From assembly GCA_028534125.1 (NCBI GenBank), contig CM052832.1, positions 9,054,001 through 9,118,000 of the forward strand: a stretch of DNA of 64,000 nucleotides, in the 5' to 3' direction. The translations under genes were made by a program, and so were the position numbers. Of the stretch, positions 1-13,079 are shown one piece after another (position 1 is the first letter of the stretch; each line of letters begins with the position of its first letter). Source of the DNA: Lama glama. Its lineage: Eukaryota. Under the pieces are notes generated by a model. It was not told the DNA's origin. It ran no database searches and worked only from the letters and a program-made list of their open reading frames with translations.

Positions 1-135
1 TCTGAGTATTTTTTTGTTTTTGATATAATGGAAATGTCTCTGCCAGTTATAAAATTCTGGTTTTTGAAGTGAAAAAAAAGTGAATGAAGGGCCTCAAATG
101 GCAAAATATCCTTTTGTATGGGTGAGTTGTGTTCC

Positions 136-138
<3 letters not shown>

Positions 139-177
<39 letters not shown>

Positions 178-182
178 TATAT
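139..182. repeat. (CA)n/(TA)n microsatellite
   Basis: About 16 AC units followed by an AT-rich dinucleotide run. Confidence 0.95.
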
Positions 183-424
183 GAATCTCCATTATCTATT
201 CAACTATTGATGTGCACTTAGGATGCTTCCTTATCTTGGCAATTATAAATAATATTGCTGTTAAGAGCAGGGTGTATGTATCTTTTTGAGTTAATTCTTA
301 TTTTGTGGTTGGCTTTATTTCTTTGATAACTATGTAAGTTTAAAAAGCTAAAGCTCTAAACGTTCTTAGAATCAATGAACAGTACATACATATAAGTTAA
401 AAAATATGTGCAGTGAAAAAAAAT

Positions 425-941
425 GATCAAACCATAAAAGACATAGAAGAAACTTAAAAGACATATTACTAAATTAAAGAAGCCAGTCTGAAAAGGCTAC
501 AAACTGTACAATTCCAACCAAATGACATTCTGGAAAAGGCACAGCTACAGAAACAATAAAAAGATCACGGTTTCCAGGGGTTTGGGGAGAGGGAGGGAGG
601 AAGGAATGACTAGATGGAGTACAAGGGATTTTTAAGGCAATGAAATTATTCTGTATGTTATTATAGTGGTGGCTACATGTCATTATGCATTTGTCAAAAC
701 CCGTATTATGTACAACATCAAGAGTAAACCCTAATGTAAACTATGGACTTTGGCTGCTAATAATGTGCCCATGTTGGTTCATTGATTGTACCAAATATGC
801 CACACTGATGAGGGATGTTGAAGGCAGGGAAGTATATATGTGTGGGTGGGGAGGGCTATGTAGGAACTCTGTATTTTCTGCTCAATTCTGTTGTGAACCT
901 GAAACTGCTGTAAAAGAATACAGTCTATTAAAAAAAAAAAA
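425..941 (+). mobile_element. Old L1 (L1MC/L1MB-like) 3' end with A tail
   Basis: Typical L1 3' UTR (AGAAGCCAGTCTGAAAAGGCTAC, ATTCTGGAAAAGGC, AAACCCTAATGTAAACTATGGACTTTGG, TGTGAACCTGAAACTGCT) ending in poly(A). Confidence 0.85.
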
Positions 942-1489
942 GATTCAAAGTCATCCAGTTAGTGGTTGAAACTGAACCTCAAGAATTTAACAGCTTCTTT
1001 TAAATATGTGTAATTCATGGATACATTCTCATTGTTTTTAAAATAAAAAGTCATAGAAGTAAAAAAAAAAAAGGCTAAAATGGTCAATTTTATGTTATGT
1101 ATATTTTACCACACAAAAAAATTAAGTATCTATGAATATTCTTACCAAAAACAAACAAACAAATCCAAAAGGGTTTGCTTGAAAATAACTAATTGTACAT
1201 CTATGATCAAAAATCTTTCTATTTCTGGAAAAGTATTCTCTCCCTCCAAGCTCAAAGCTTCAGGACAGATGCTCACTGAGGGGAGATGAGGGACCTATGG
1301 CTCATCAGTTAAGATTAACCCCAATAAAAATTGGGGTGAAAGAAGCTGAGGCAGGTCACCCCACAACTACTGACAGACACCAGATGTGGCTGCAGGAAGA
1401 AATGCACAAAGAAAGGCGGAGAGTTCACAACCCTTGCTGTGCATTTTGGCTGACTGGTGAAGCCTATAGATCCCTTCAGAGTAATATTT

Positions 1490-1885
1490 CAGGATGCATA
1501 ATATATGTAAGATTTTTTGGGAATACAGTTATAAAAATATTTTAAAATTGTAATATAGGTATATATGTGATTCTTCACCAATGTGTTAATATACTCGATT
1601 TAGTAGTGATTCTAGTAACTACTGTCATTTGGAAGATAGTAATCTTTCAAGACATCTGCAAATGTAACACCGGTAAACAATATTTCTACTGATAACAAAT
1701 TCCCAGGCACTGTTAATACTATTGTAGTTGGCAGCCTTCATTCACAGATTTAGGAAACGATAAATTTCAGTTGGAGCTGAGTGAAAACAACATGCAACTT
1801 TTTTGGTATCCAAGTTCAATGGGCCTCCATCTCCTCAATTCTCTCCACAGATCCTTTAGGGGTCGGTCCATGGAGCCCTTGCACT
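1490..1885. mobile_element. Degraded hAT-Charlie-like DNA transposon fragment
   Basis: Ends in TCCAAGTTCAATGGGCC...CCACAGATCC...GGTCCATGGAGCCC, resembling Charlie-type termini. Subfamily not determined. Confidence 0.5.
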
Positions 1886-3479
1886 GTTGGGGTCCAAGAC
1901 AGTTGTTCTACGTGTGAAATGAATAAACTCAATCCAGTAACAAACACAATGGGATTCTGAACATATGAATATAATTCACAAGATATTTTTATGCTTGCTA
2001 AGCAAAATGGCCATTTCTACACACTGGATGGACTTGTTTGCAGTGTAAAGATGCAGAAGGTGCTGCCAGATGCACAGGATGGGAGCAGCAAGCAAGCTGT
2101 TGATTTTAACAGCACAGAAAGGATACTGTTCACTACTACCAAAGTTATCAGAGAATTCCCTGCAGGAGGAAGGTCGAGAAAGCTAATTTTCTATAAGCTC
2201 GGTAGAGAGCAACAGAAATACATTTGACAATTTTTAAAGCCTGACACTTGGGTAGGAAAGCCCATCAAAATTCTCCACCTTGGACCAGAGGGAGATACAA
2301 AGGCAAGTTTCATCTGATAAACATGCCAGCAGTATTTTCTAGAAAGCTTACTCAAAATTCACGTCTCCATTTCCCTAAACATTCGATGTAGAAAATAATT
2401 ACCTAAATCATTTACTTTTCTAGTTTTTACATGAATGCTCACAACTGAATAGACATCTAAATTAACCCCTTTTTCTATACTCACTTCTGGGCATCCTGCT
2501 ATAGACTACTGAACCCTCATAAAAGAGGGTCAGGTCACTTAGAAACAGCCTTTGGTGGTCTAAGGATAAAACACTGCAGTTCTTTTTTAAGGCCAATTCA
2601 GTGTAATTTTTTAAAAAATGATTTTTAACTTAAAACCATATCATTCTGAAGGTGGCAGTTACTTGTGCTAGAAGTAAATGTATGTAACCGATTTAGAACA
2701 CGGCCCCATCTTCTGAGAGATCTGTGCCTACAACATAACCCTTTTCCATAGGAAAGAGGTAAAAATTTTTCATTTAGTTTGACCTTACAAACTAAACTTT
2801 AGACAGACCCATAGTTCTATTACCTCCACTATTCAGTATTATTCTTTTGGACTAATTAAAATAATTTTTTCTTGCCTCATTATGTCTTCATAGTTTTGCC
2901 TTTAAAAACACCTTATTTACCTCTCTAAATATTTAAAGTCTTAGATTTTGCCTCACTTAGTAAAATTATTTATCTATGAAGGGTTGTCATTATTTAACTT
3001 TTTCTTAAACCTCTAATGAAAGTTTGCAAATTTTGTTAATGATTCTCAAAACATTAGTATCATAATTTTTCTTTAAGAAAGTACATTAAAAATAGCAGTA
3101 CTATTTAAATTTATTATACTAATGATAATGAGGACTCAATTCAATGATTTATTTATTAAAATAAGCCTGTGCTGGAGGGGCAGGGTAGAGGATTAAAAGA
3201 ACACACAAAAAATCTCACAAAAGTATATAATATGTCCCAGCTCTCAAGTTGCAGACAATCTTATTGGAAAGGCAAGACACCTATGTATGAAATGACTTTC
3301 CAAACTGTAGAAAGCATTATCAATGTGCATGAAAATAAACATATACTAGCATGGATATTTATAGGAATATTAAGCCCTCTTTACAATTATTATTACTACC
3401 ATTATTATAAAGTATAAATAATATTAATTACTATTAATACATTAAGGCACTTGAGGTGATTAAAAATTGTACTAGCAGC

Positions 3480-3680
3480 TACATTAACTAAGTGCCTTCC
3501 CTCTGCCAGGCTCTTTATGCAGTTCTAATCCTTCTAACACAGTCCTGCCAGGTATGTATTATTATCCCTGTTTTTAGAGAGACTGTAAGATGCCTGCCCA
3601 ACACTGCAGAGTTTGTAAGTAGTGAGACAGAGGTTTGAACTCAAATCTCTAATTCCCAAGCCCATGCTGCTTCTCATCTC
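3480..3680 (-). mobile_element. MIR SINE
   Basis: MIR-like core ATTATTATCCCTGTTTTTAGAGA...GCCTGCCCAA...GGTTTGAACTCAAATCT. Confidence 0.7.
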
Positions 3681-4219
3681 TGTGGGTGGAAATATGATGA
3701 TTTTTGGAAGGTTTGATTTCTGCTAATATTTCCCATGACAAAAGACAGCAGTTGAGAATCTTAAAACACTTTCTCTCACAGCAAAAAAACTCACTATTCC
3801 ATCAATTAAAATTCTAAAATTTTAAATCAACTTATTATATGGAATTTTTGCTGAGAAAAGTGAGGCACATTATTGTAGATCTACCACTATAAAAAGGTAA
3901 GCGTTAGCAGGGAGAAATACATTGGGAGTGGCTTGGAGAAAGTTGCTGTGGGAACATGGTGGCTGAGAGAAGCATTTACAGTCTTTTCCATGTAAGACTT
4001 TGAGGAAAGGAGTCCTTTAAACAAAAAAGGCTGGCAGAGGTCCCATAATGAAATAACTTTGCGAAATGCTACCTATCACATATCCTTCTTGGTAATTCAT
4101 AATGCATATCAGACCTCCTGCTTTCTAAAACTCAGTGTTGCCCACACCGACTTAGGTACAGGACCCTCCATTCTCTCCCAACTCCACTCTCAACACCTAG
4201 TAACTCCCGCAGGGTCTAG

Positions 4220-5487
4220 TGCAGCACAGCTGTCCAACAGAAACGTCAAGTGAGAGCCACATGTGAGATTTAAAATTTCCTGGTAGCCAATTTTTTTAAA
4301 AAGTCCAATTTATTTTAATATACAGTTGATCCTTGAACAATATAGGTTTGAACTGCGAGGGTCCACTTATGTACAGATCTTTTTCAACATGTTTATAAAT
4401 ATATACACATAGAACATTGTGTGCAGAACTTGAAGTGGATAGCCTATCCTTACACAGACATACGGTGAGTGGTATTTAACACAAAATTAATAATGTGTTA
4501 GTTTTCTTACTGTCCTATAACTCTGCTTTCAAAGAATTGCATTACCGTGAAGTACAGCTCTCACTCTTGTTATTGGAGAAACTGTGTATCAGCCTATTAC
4601 CACAGGTAAGTGGTTTTTTAAGAAAAATATAACACTGTTTCCAATACTGTATTATGAATCTAACTGTAATACTGTACACCATACAGATTTTAAAAAGACT
4701 CATTCATTAGTGTAGCGGTTAGACAACTGGGCCGCAATCCTGTCGATTACACTAAGCACCATAAAGCAATCATACAGCCGCTGCTTCGCTGTCAATGCAC
4801 GAATCATTCTACCTATATGTAAGTATAAATTTCTTTTTCACATTATCTTTTCCTTTTTGATGTCTAGGGTTAGTGATATAATAACATCCACAGTGTTTTG
4901 CATTACGTAAGACAATACTGATGTATGTACTAGCAGACAAGACAATCCATCTTGTGAACAGACGTCGTAAACTTGCGGTATGGATGTATACAGTACAGTG
5001 CTCTAAATGCATTTTCTCTTCTTTATGATTTTCTTAATAACATTTTCTTTTTCCTCGCTTCCTCTATTGTAAGAATTCAGTATATAATACATATACCAAA
5101 TACATGTTAACTTACTGTATGTTGCTGATGAGGCTTCCAGTCAACAGCAGGCTATTAGTTAAGTTTTGGGGGAGTAAAAACCTGTATGTGGATTTCTGAC
5201 TATGTTGGGGGTTGGCTGTTCAAGGGCCAACTGTGTTTTATTTGGTCCAGAATACTGAAAAGATATTTGGGGCAAAATAAAAAAGAATTATTTATTTAGA
5301 TAATCATTTCAACACGTAATTAATATAAAATTAATGAGATATTTTACATCCTCTTTTTCAAACAAAGCCTTCAAAATCTGGTGTGGACTTTACACTTAAG
5401 AGTAAATCACAGTTGGTGCTGGCCACACTTCAAGCACTGATAGCCGTATGTGGCAAGGAGCCACCATATTGGACAGGTCAGGTCTAG
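4220..5487. mobile_element. MER33/MER3-like hAT MITE split by a Tigger element
   Basis: Left arm GCTGTCCAACAGAAA...GAGCCACATGT (4220-4320). Right arm ...GCCACACTTCAAG...GCCACCATATTGGACAG (5235-5487). TCTAG at both outer flanks. Confidence 0.75.
4323..5233. mobile_element. Tigger2-like TcMar DNA transposon, internally deleted
   Basis: Terminal inverted repeats CAGTTGATCCTTGAACA (from 4323) and TGTTCAAGGGCCAACTG (5217-5233), with TA at the left flank. Confidence 0.85.
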
Positions 5488-6139
5488 AGATTTTTATAAA
5501 ACTTAGTTCAGGAAAAACATTGGCCTAGAGGTTCATTTGCCCCTTGTTAGCCCTTATGGATAGCCACAAGGTGGAAATCTTTTAAAATTTAAGAACAGTT
5601 GAAGAGGTATGAATAATATTTACCCTAATTATTTATATATGGTTTTCCAAAGGTTTTTGTTTGTGGGATTTGTTTATGGGGGGATGCAGAGTGAAGGGAA
5701 GGGAGCTGCCATAACCCTGTTTTCACCAGAATATAACCCCCTCTACACACACACACACACACATACACAGATTTAATTTGGAAAAGGAAAAATGATGAAT
5801 ATTAAGTATCAGTTCCAAAGATAACCCTCATCTAGCCAAACAACTGAAATCCTAATCTTCTAGAAGCAAAGTTAATTTTACATGATTCTTACGTATTTAT
5901 AAAGACTTAATACATGTTTCTAACAATAAGTTATTTCTTCATATTTGTGTAAAATGATCTTAAATACATGGGGAAAAAATCCAAAAGTAAATTATTTGGA
6001 GATAAAAGCAAACAAACTGTTTACAAAAATAGACACTAAAATTAAGGCTGAAAGCTCCTGGATCAGGCACTCTCACACAAGCCTCATAACTGGCTCACAG
6101 ACCCATTTTTGTAAATAGTGAAATCAAGACTTGCTCTAG

Positions 6140-6262
6140 GCTCTCAATCACCTGGCAGCTTGTTAAAAATCCAAATTCTCAGGCCCAGACCTACTGGATC
6201 AGGAACTCAGGGGGTGTTGAACAAGGTCATCTTGATGCACACTCATGTTTGAGAACCACTAG
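6140..6262. mobile_element. MER5A-like hAT MITE
   Basis: GCTTGTTAAAAAT...AGACCTACTGGATCAG...TGATGCACACTCATGTTTGAGAACCACT. Confidence 0.7.
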
Positions 6263-6374
6263 ATCAATACAGAACTAGTATTTAAACCCAATCTGCCTAA
6301 TGTCAAAAGCTGAACATTTTTTAGAAGTTTTGGGGGGCCCTTTCTTTGGGAGGGGGCTGAGAACTTGTGTGTGT

Positions 6375-6640
6375 ATGTGTGGTAAAATACATATAACATA
6401 AAATTCACCATCTTAACCATTCTGAAGTGTACAGTTCAGTAGTATTAAGTACTATCGCATGGTGCAACCATCACCACTAGCCATCTGCAGAAGTCTTTTT
6501 CATCTTGCAACACTGAAACTCTATACTCATTAAATGCTAATTCCCCCTTCCTCCTCCCCCCAGCCATTGGCAACTACCATTCTATTTTCTGCCCCTATGA
6601 ATTTGACTACTCGAGGTAACTCACAGAAGTGGAATCTAGA
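6375..6640 (-). mobile_element. L1MB-like 3' end fragment
   Basis: GTGGTAAAATACATATAACATAAAATTCACCATCTTAACCATT...GGCAACTACCATTCTA is the antisense of an L1 3' UTR. Confidence 0.85.
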
Positions 6641-6750
6641 AGTGGAACCTAGTTTTACCCAACACCTTCAATTGCAGAAAGTTTGGAAAGTACAGAAATG
6701 CCTAGGGAAGAACTGAAGATCACTTATGGACTCCACTGCCTAGAGGTGAC

Positions 6751-7326
6751 TGCCATGGACTGAGCTGTGTCCAACCCCCACCCCAAACTCAGGCGGCAAC
6801 CCTAAGCCCTAATGTGACTGGATTTAGAAACAGGGTCTTTAGGAAGTAATTAAGGTTAGATGAGTTCACCAGGGTAGAGCCGTAATCCAACAGGGCTGAT
6901 GCTCCTGTAAGAGGAGGAAGAGACTCCAGAGCTCCTGTGGACATTGAGAAGGTGACCGTCTGCAAACCAGGAAGAGGGTCTTCCCAGCAAGTGAACTGGC
7001 TGGCACCCTGATCTTGGACTGCCCAGCCTACAGAACTGTGAGGAGATAAGTTTCCGTTGTTTAAGCCACCCAGTCTACGGTATAGCTGACCCTTGAACAA
7101 CTTGAAGGCTGGGGCACTGACTGGGCAGTTGGAAAACCTCATATAATTTTACAGTCAGTCCTCTACATGGGCAGTTCCTCTGCATCTGCAGAGTCAACCA
7201 ACTGAGGATCCCACAGAATCGTAGTATGTACTTAGTGGAAAAAAATCCACACTTAAGTGGACCCATGCTGTTCAAACCCATGTTGTTCAAGGGTCAACTG
7301 TATTTATGGTAGCCCGAGGTAATACT
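6751..7326 (+). mobile_element. MLT1A/B-like MaLR solo LTR interrupted by a MITE
   Basis: TGCCATGGACTGAG...GTAATTAAGGTTAGATGAG...GGCACCCTGATCTTGGACT...CAGAACTGTGAG...TTTAAGCCACCCAGTCT, resuming with TTATGGTAGCCC after the insert. Confidence 0.8.
7083..7300. mobile_element. MER8/Tigger2a-like MITE
   Basis: TIRs TAGCTGACCCTTGAACAAC and GTTGTTCAAGGGTCAACTG, with TA on both sides (7081-7082, 7301-7302). Confidence 0.85.
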
Positions 7327-8389
7327 TTGGAACATATTTTTTCAGTCTTTTTCTTTAGTTTATTTTTAAAAGTATGTTTTATATTTAAATGGAATCAAAG
7401 CCCACATGCCTTTTTTCACCTTCCCAGCATTTTCTAAACCTGCACCCTGCAAACTAGTGCTCGCAGGACACTGATTTTTGGAAACTGGGTTTTAAAGTGA
7501 CATCAGGTTTCTATTGCTAAATTTCTCAGTCTTTTCTATATTAAACTGAGAATATCAAAATGGGAATCTGTTATATTTGATCTCTAAGTGTTTGGGGGGA
7601 AAACTCTGTTACATCTCCTGCTATTCTGAAAAAAGTCTACTACTGGACAACAAACAGGAAGTTCAAGGGTCAATACTGGCTGACAGGAATAATTAAGACA
7701 AAAAGTCAATTTACTTTTCTAAAGGAGCTATTCACTTATTCACTGTTAGCAGACGAGTCTAATTAAACACTGCTTTAATATTACTTTTTTATAACAATAA
7801 TTTAAAAAAGCAGTGATAGATAGGCCCCAAATGGGTGAGGCACTGTTAACCCTTTATATGTCTGATCTCACTTATTCCTTGCAAACTTCCTCTGCGAGGT
7901 TAAATTCTCAATCCAGAGGGAGTAACTAAGACACACGCCCCCAGAGAGGTTATGTAATTTACTTGAGACAGCACAGAAAGGAAAAGAGCCAGGGTTAGAA
8001 CACAGATCTGTCTGGTTCCAAAGCTATTATTAACTAAAATGTTTCTTTCTTTCTTACTCAAATCACTGACTTGCTTGAAAACCCATTTTGTAATACCTAA
8101 AGAAAAATTCAAATAATCTGGCCTTGCATTTAGTGCATTTCACAAATTGATCCCAAAGTCCCATCCCAGCCTTCCTTTTTTCTTCTCTCTCGTCTTCTAC
8201 AAACTTCTCACTTCATCCAAAGAAGTTTTCTCACTGTCTTGCCCCTCTCATTCACTTCTCACTTAATTTAGTTCTTTCCCACCAGAATTCCTCTGCTTTG
8301 CCATCTTCTCCTGGTCAATAAATTCCTTAGGCTCCAGTCAAATTCCACTTTTTCATATATAACCTTTCACTGGTCATTCTCTCATGCTC

Positions 8390-9050
8390 CACATCCCAAT
8401 CCCACTGGCTACACTTTCAAAATAGATCCAGAATCTAACCATATACCACCTCTATCTCTGTCATCACCTCTCCTTTGGCCTCTCTGCTATTGCTCTATTA
8501 CCCGCTACAATCTATTCTTACCCCAACCTCCTGAGTAATCTTCTTAAAACATAAATCAAAACTCTCCAGTGAATCCCCATTTTCCTCACTGTAAAAACAA
8601 AAATCCTTTTCTATGCTCAGCTGTGAACACTCATAATGCCCTACACAACTATCCTCCCTGCCCCCAGACCTCTCTGACCTCTTTCTGATTCTAGCCCTTG
8701 CTGACTTACCATGCCCTGAACTCACCAGGCATACTCATGCCTCAGGCCCTTTGCACCAGCTGCTCTCTGCCTAGAATGTCATCCCTTCAGACAAGGCTTG
8801 CCCCTTACGTCTTTCTAGTCTCTGCTCAGAGGATCATGACCTACCATGACTACCCTGCCACCTCCCAGTACTCCACATATTCCTTACCTTGCTTTATTCC
8901 ACCCCCCATAACTTACTACAAAGTTTACCTAGGTTTATTGTCTGTCTTCTCATGACAGCAGGGCATCCATCTTTTATTCACTGAGGCATCCTGGAGCCTA
9001 GAATGGCAGCTGGCACACAGTAGGTGCTCAATAATATTTGCTGAATGAGT
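8390..9050 (+). mobile_element. L2 LINE 3' fragment
   Basis: Pyrimidine-rich L2 body ending GGCACACAGTAGGTGCTCAATAATATTTGCTGAATGA. Confidence 0.8.
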
Positions 9051-11099
9051 AGATGTAAGGACATGCTCACACACCTCAGCCAAAGGCTCTCTCCTTTGCT
9101 CTCGCTTGCACCACTCATATACTGCTGATCCACCTGGCTGGATCATGTATTCCTGTACCCTCCAAGTACCCTGTACAAAAGTAGCATTTAGTAAATATTT
9201 GATGATGAAATATGAGTGCAGTAGCTTTTTCTTTCAGAATAGTTACAGCAATAATTTTTCAAAATATGACACTTCATTTAGAAAAGAAACATTCTGGAAA
9301 ACAGTATAAGGAAAAACAGAACACTTAATTTTAAATTAATCTTAAAAGGATGGAAAATATTTTAATGGTGTATGCATATAATGCATATTCTTTATATCAC
9401 TTCTAGGAAATATCACAGTTAAAAGAAATCTAACTATTTTAGATTTAGGAGCATTCCTTTTTATTTTAAATCGTATGAGAAATACTTCCAAATTAAAACC
9501 ACACAATCAAAAATAACTTTTACTCTCAGCAATCAGGAGGAAAAAAACCTGATTTTTTTTTGGCGGGGTGGGTAATAGTCTCTACACATGGAAAGAGTTA
9601 TTTCTAAACCTGAAGACATTTTTCCACATTAAAAAAAAAAACTATTATTCTACTTCCTAGGTAAGTTCTGTTTAAAAAACTAAAATTTACTCTAGAAAAC
9701 TTTCTCTGACATTAATCCTAACTTTGTAGGCAATACCTTTGTTTGCCAAACTCAAATATAAGGATTTTAAATTTAATCTCTCAAAATGGCATCCAGGTTT
9801 CTCCAGTTCTACTATTTATTGAGAAATGATTTCTGAAAAGAATAAATTATAAACTACTCTAAGTTATTTTATATTCATAAAACTTTCACATATATTACAC
9901 TAAAAGTAAACATTCAATAGCTATGGCTTTATTTTTATTTCAGGGGACATGCTTAGGGCTTTAAAAATTATTGCTGAAAATCCACTGTTGGGGTGGCCCT
10001 AATACTGTAAAATATTTTCTAAGGAGAACTGAATACCAATTCTAAAACAAAAACTTAACCAAGAAACTAGATAAACTGTCTTTTAAAAAAAATTACAATA
10101 AAAATCTGAAATATACCAAAGCAACTCTTAAAGATGGTTGATTTTAACACATATAGTAGCAGTCTCGATACGCCTTAGTTAGGTTTGAAATATTTAGTCT
10201 ACATAATAAATTTTGAAAATCTCTCCCATATTACGCTCACCACAAGATCATGAAATTCATCTCCCCAGATTAGGTTTACCACTAATAAGCAGTGAGATGG
10301 TTGGTTCTTATGGGGAGAGGAGGAGAACTCAAGTTAGTTCTGACAGCCTGGCATGAAGAACGCAGGCACTACCTCAGACTGCTCAGAGAGCAACTTAACG
10401 CTCAAGACTACAGGTCAGCCCCGGTAAACTAAAAACTCCACGGTGAGAATGTTTCATGACCTTTCATTACTGTTGTCTACCGCAGCTCAGCTTTCCTGTA
10501 GAGTCAAAAAGAAAAGAAAAAATCCTTTTGACACGTCATCTTACTAGCCTTATATTCAACCTACAGCGCTGCCTCTTTAAAAGAATGTTTCTTTAAAGCA
10601 AATCACACTTTGTACATTTTAAGTACTTTCCCCCAAGTCTGTACTATAAGCACAGAGCTTACACTGACAACATTCCAAGCAACGGAACAACCTGAGCTAC
10701 ATCATACCATGTTTAATTAAGGTTCTAAGTGTTCTCTTTCCCAATTAGGGATTTTTGTAAGTGAAAGATATGGTTCACAATCCCTGATTGCTCCCAAGGA
10801 TAGAGCCAAATGGTCCCCATGTTTGACTCACCATACTATGCAAAAAAACCTGAATTACCTGCAGAAGGAGCAAAATAACTGCTCTGACCTAAAACTTGAC
10901 TATCGACATAAGATTCTGGTTTTTTTGGTTACCATTTTGATTTATCAATAAAACACTTTTCTTTATCATCCTGTTGAAACAAAGGTCATCCAATTTTAAG
11001 ACCTCAAAATGTTTAACTTGTAGGCAGTCATTTGTAGATTGAATGTATACATGGGCTAAATACCAATGGCAAAAAATACGATGCATGGATCCGCAACAT

Positions 11100-11240
11100 A
11101 TATTCAAATCCCAGCTCTGACCCTCAGTAATGTAACCTTGGGCAAGTTATTTAGCATTTCTAAACCTCTGATCCACTATATATAAAATAGAGACAAACCT
11201 ACCTACAGGGTATTATGAGAATGAATGTTAAGGTTTAACA
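11100..11240 (+). mobile_element. MIR SINE
   Basis: TTCAAATCCCAGCTCTG...TGTAACCTTGGGCAAGTTATTTA. Confidence 0.7.
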
Positions 11241-12892
11241 AATATTACTTCTCTTTTCCCCCATTTTCTCTCTTGTGAACATGTCTCAATCACAGGTCAG
11301 GACATCAAGTTTAAATTCTGATGATACAAGGAAGCACCCTGGATTTTAGCTGAACTGAAATAAGCCTTTCCTAGAAAGGCAATACCTTTCATACCTCATT
11401 CCCTCACATTCTCACACTCAGGATTTTTATTTCAGGTAATATGAGTGAGTGTTCAATATGTCTGTAAGATAAGCCAAAGAACCCACAAAAACAGAAAATG
11501 TTCAATTTTACAACTTTATTAAAAAGAAATATATGATTAAATCACAACTATATAAATTAAAATTGATTAGGATTAAGTGGAAGGGGAACCTGGGTTTCAG
11601 GTCTGATAGTGAGGTCTCCAGATCTTTTCCGTAATGGAAGCACATATGAGGTAAGGGGAGGAAAAAAAAAACCTCAAAGCCCCTAGTGGCTTCTCCCCAA
11701 GACCTCTTTCTTCCATTTTCCCACATGACACGTGTTGACGGCCCCTGAGCTCTCCTGAACCACGCTGTACATGGTAAGCCACCCCAGCAGAGCCACCTCC
11801 TGGGCCCATCTCCATTCAGCAAGGGACCACTTACAAGGTTCCACTTTAGGGTTTTCCTTTCAAGTCCACACCTCATTCCTTCTCTGTCAGCTCTCCCACT
11901 TCTCCACACTCATTTAACCACCCCCTACTTCCTGCTAGACCCTTACTCACTGTATTTTCCACTTCTTCTACAGGACATCACTGGTGACGAGAGAACCATG
12001 GCACTCAGATGGATGCCATGCTATGTTACCTAATTCAAGCTGCCTCATTACAGCTAAGGACCATTCCCTTTTCTCAATCTTCCCCCATCTGATACACTCC
12101 ACAGATGTACTCCTCTCAAACTCAAAACCTTTTGCCTCTGCCCGACAAGTGACCTTGCTAACTTCTCAGGAAAGATGACAGACGTCTATTTTGAATCTTA
12201 TCATCTACCCTGCTCTAATTTTATTTCACTGTTCCTTATTCTGCAGGCAATTTGGGGAACGGAGGAACCTTATGAAAAGATGAATGACAGCATTCCAAGG
12301 AAAGAATAGAGAAAGGAAGGCTAAGGGAAGTGCTACAAAGTTCTACTTGGTATTATCTGAAAAAAAATTTTTTTTAATGGTTTTCCTTTATTTCCCTCCC
12401 TCCCTGCCCTATAATCTGATTGTTCTTATCACCCGCTGAGATCAGAGTGTATAAGGCATTGCTGATCTCTACCTATCTCCAGAAATGGTTTTTCCTTTGG
12501 TTCCCATCATTCTGCTCTGCCTGGGTTGTCTAAGTTCTTACTTAGCAAATGTTTACTGAGCGCCTAGCTTGTTTTAAATGTTATGCTAAAGGCTTCAAAT
12601 AAGTCAGTGAAGAGAGAAACAAATAATCTAAAGTTTCTTGGTCCCACTCCAGAACCTCTGTGTTGCTGTTATGCCTCTTCACGTTTGGGTTAAGAGGGGA
12701 GTGTGCAAATAACCTCTGTACCTGCCACAAATATTTAAATGTTAGTTTATTTCTTTGACTGTGATAAAACGTACGTAAGGTTTGCCATTTAAGTGTACAG
12801 CTCATTGCTTTAAGTACATTTACACTGTTGTACAACTGTTGTCACGATCTCGTTCCATTACTTAAAAAAAAAATTTTCAAATGTGTTGCAAT

Positions 12893-13025
12893 TTTATTTA
12901 TTTATTTATTTGGGGGGTAATTAGGTTTACTTGTTTATTTTTAGAGGAGATATTGGGGATTGAACACAGGACCCTGTGTATACTAAGCAAGCACTCTACC
13001 ACTTGAGCTATACCCTTGCCCCCTC
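12893..13025 (-). mobile_element. tRNA-derived SINE, camelid Vic-1-like
   Basis: Minus strand reads GGGTATAGCTCAAGTGGTAGAG (A box)...GTGTTCAATCCCC (B box)...TAAACCTAATTACCCCCC plus an (AAAT)n tail. Confidence 0.8.
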
Positions 13026-13079
13026 CATTACTTTTTCATCATCCCCAGTCGAAATTCTCTACCTATTAACTTTTTATTA

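Noticed and set aside
1991..2227. 78-aa ORF and a minus-strand acceptor-like site at 2160
   Set aside because: No recognisable protein and no convincing matching donor. It could be a conserved non-coding element, but I cannot support that from sequence alone.
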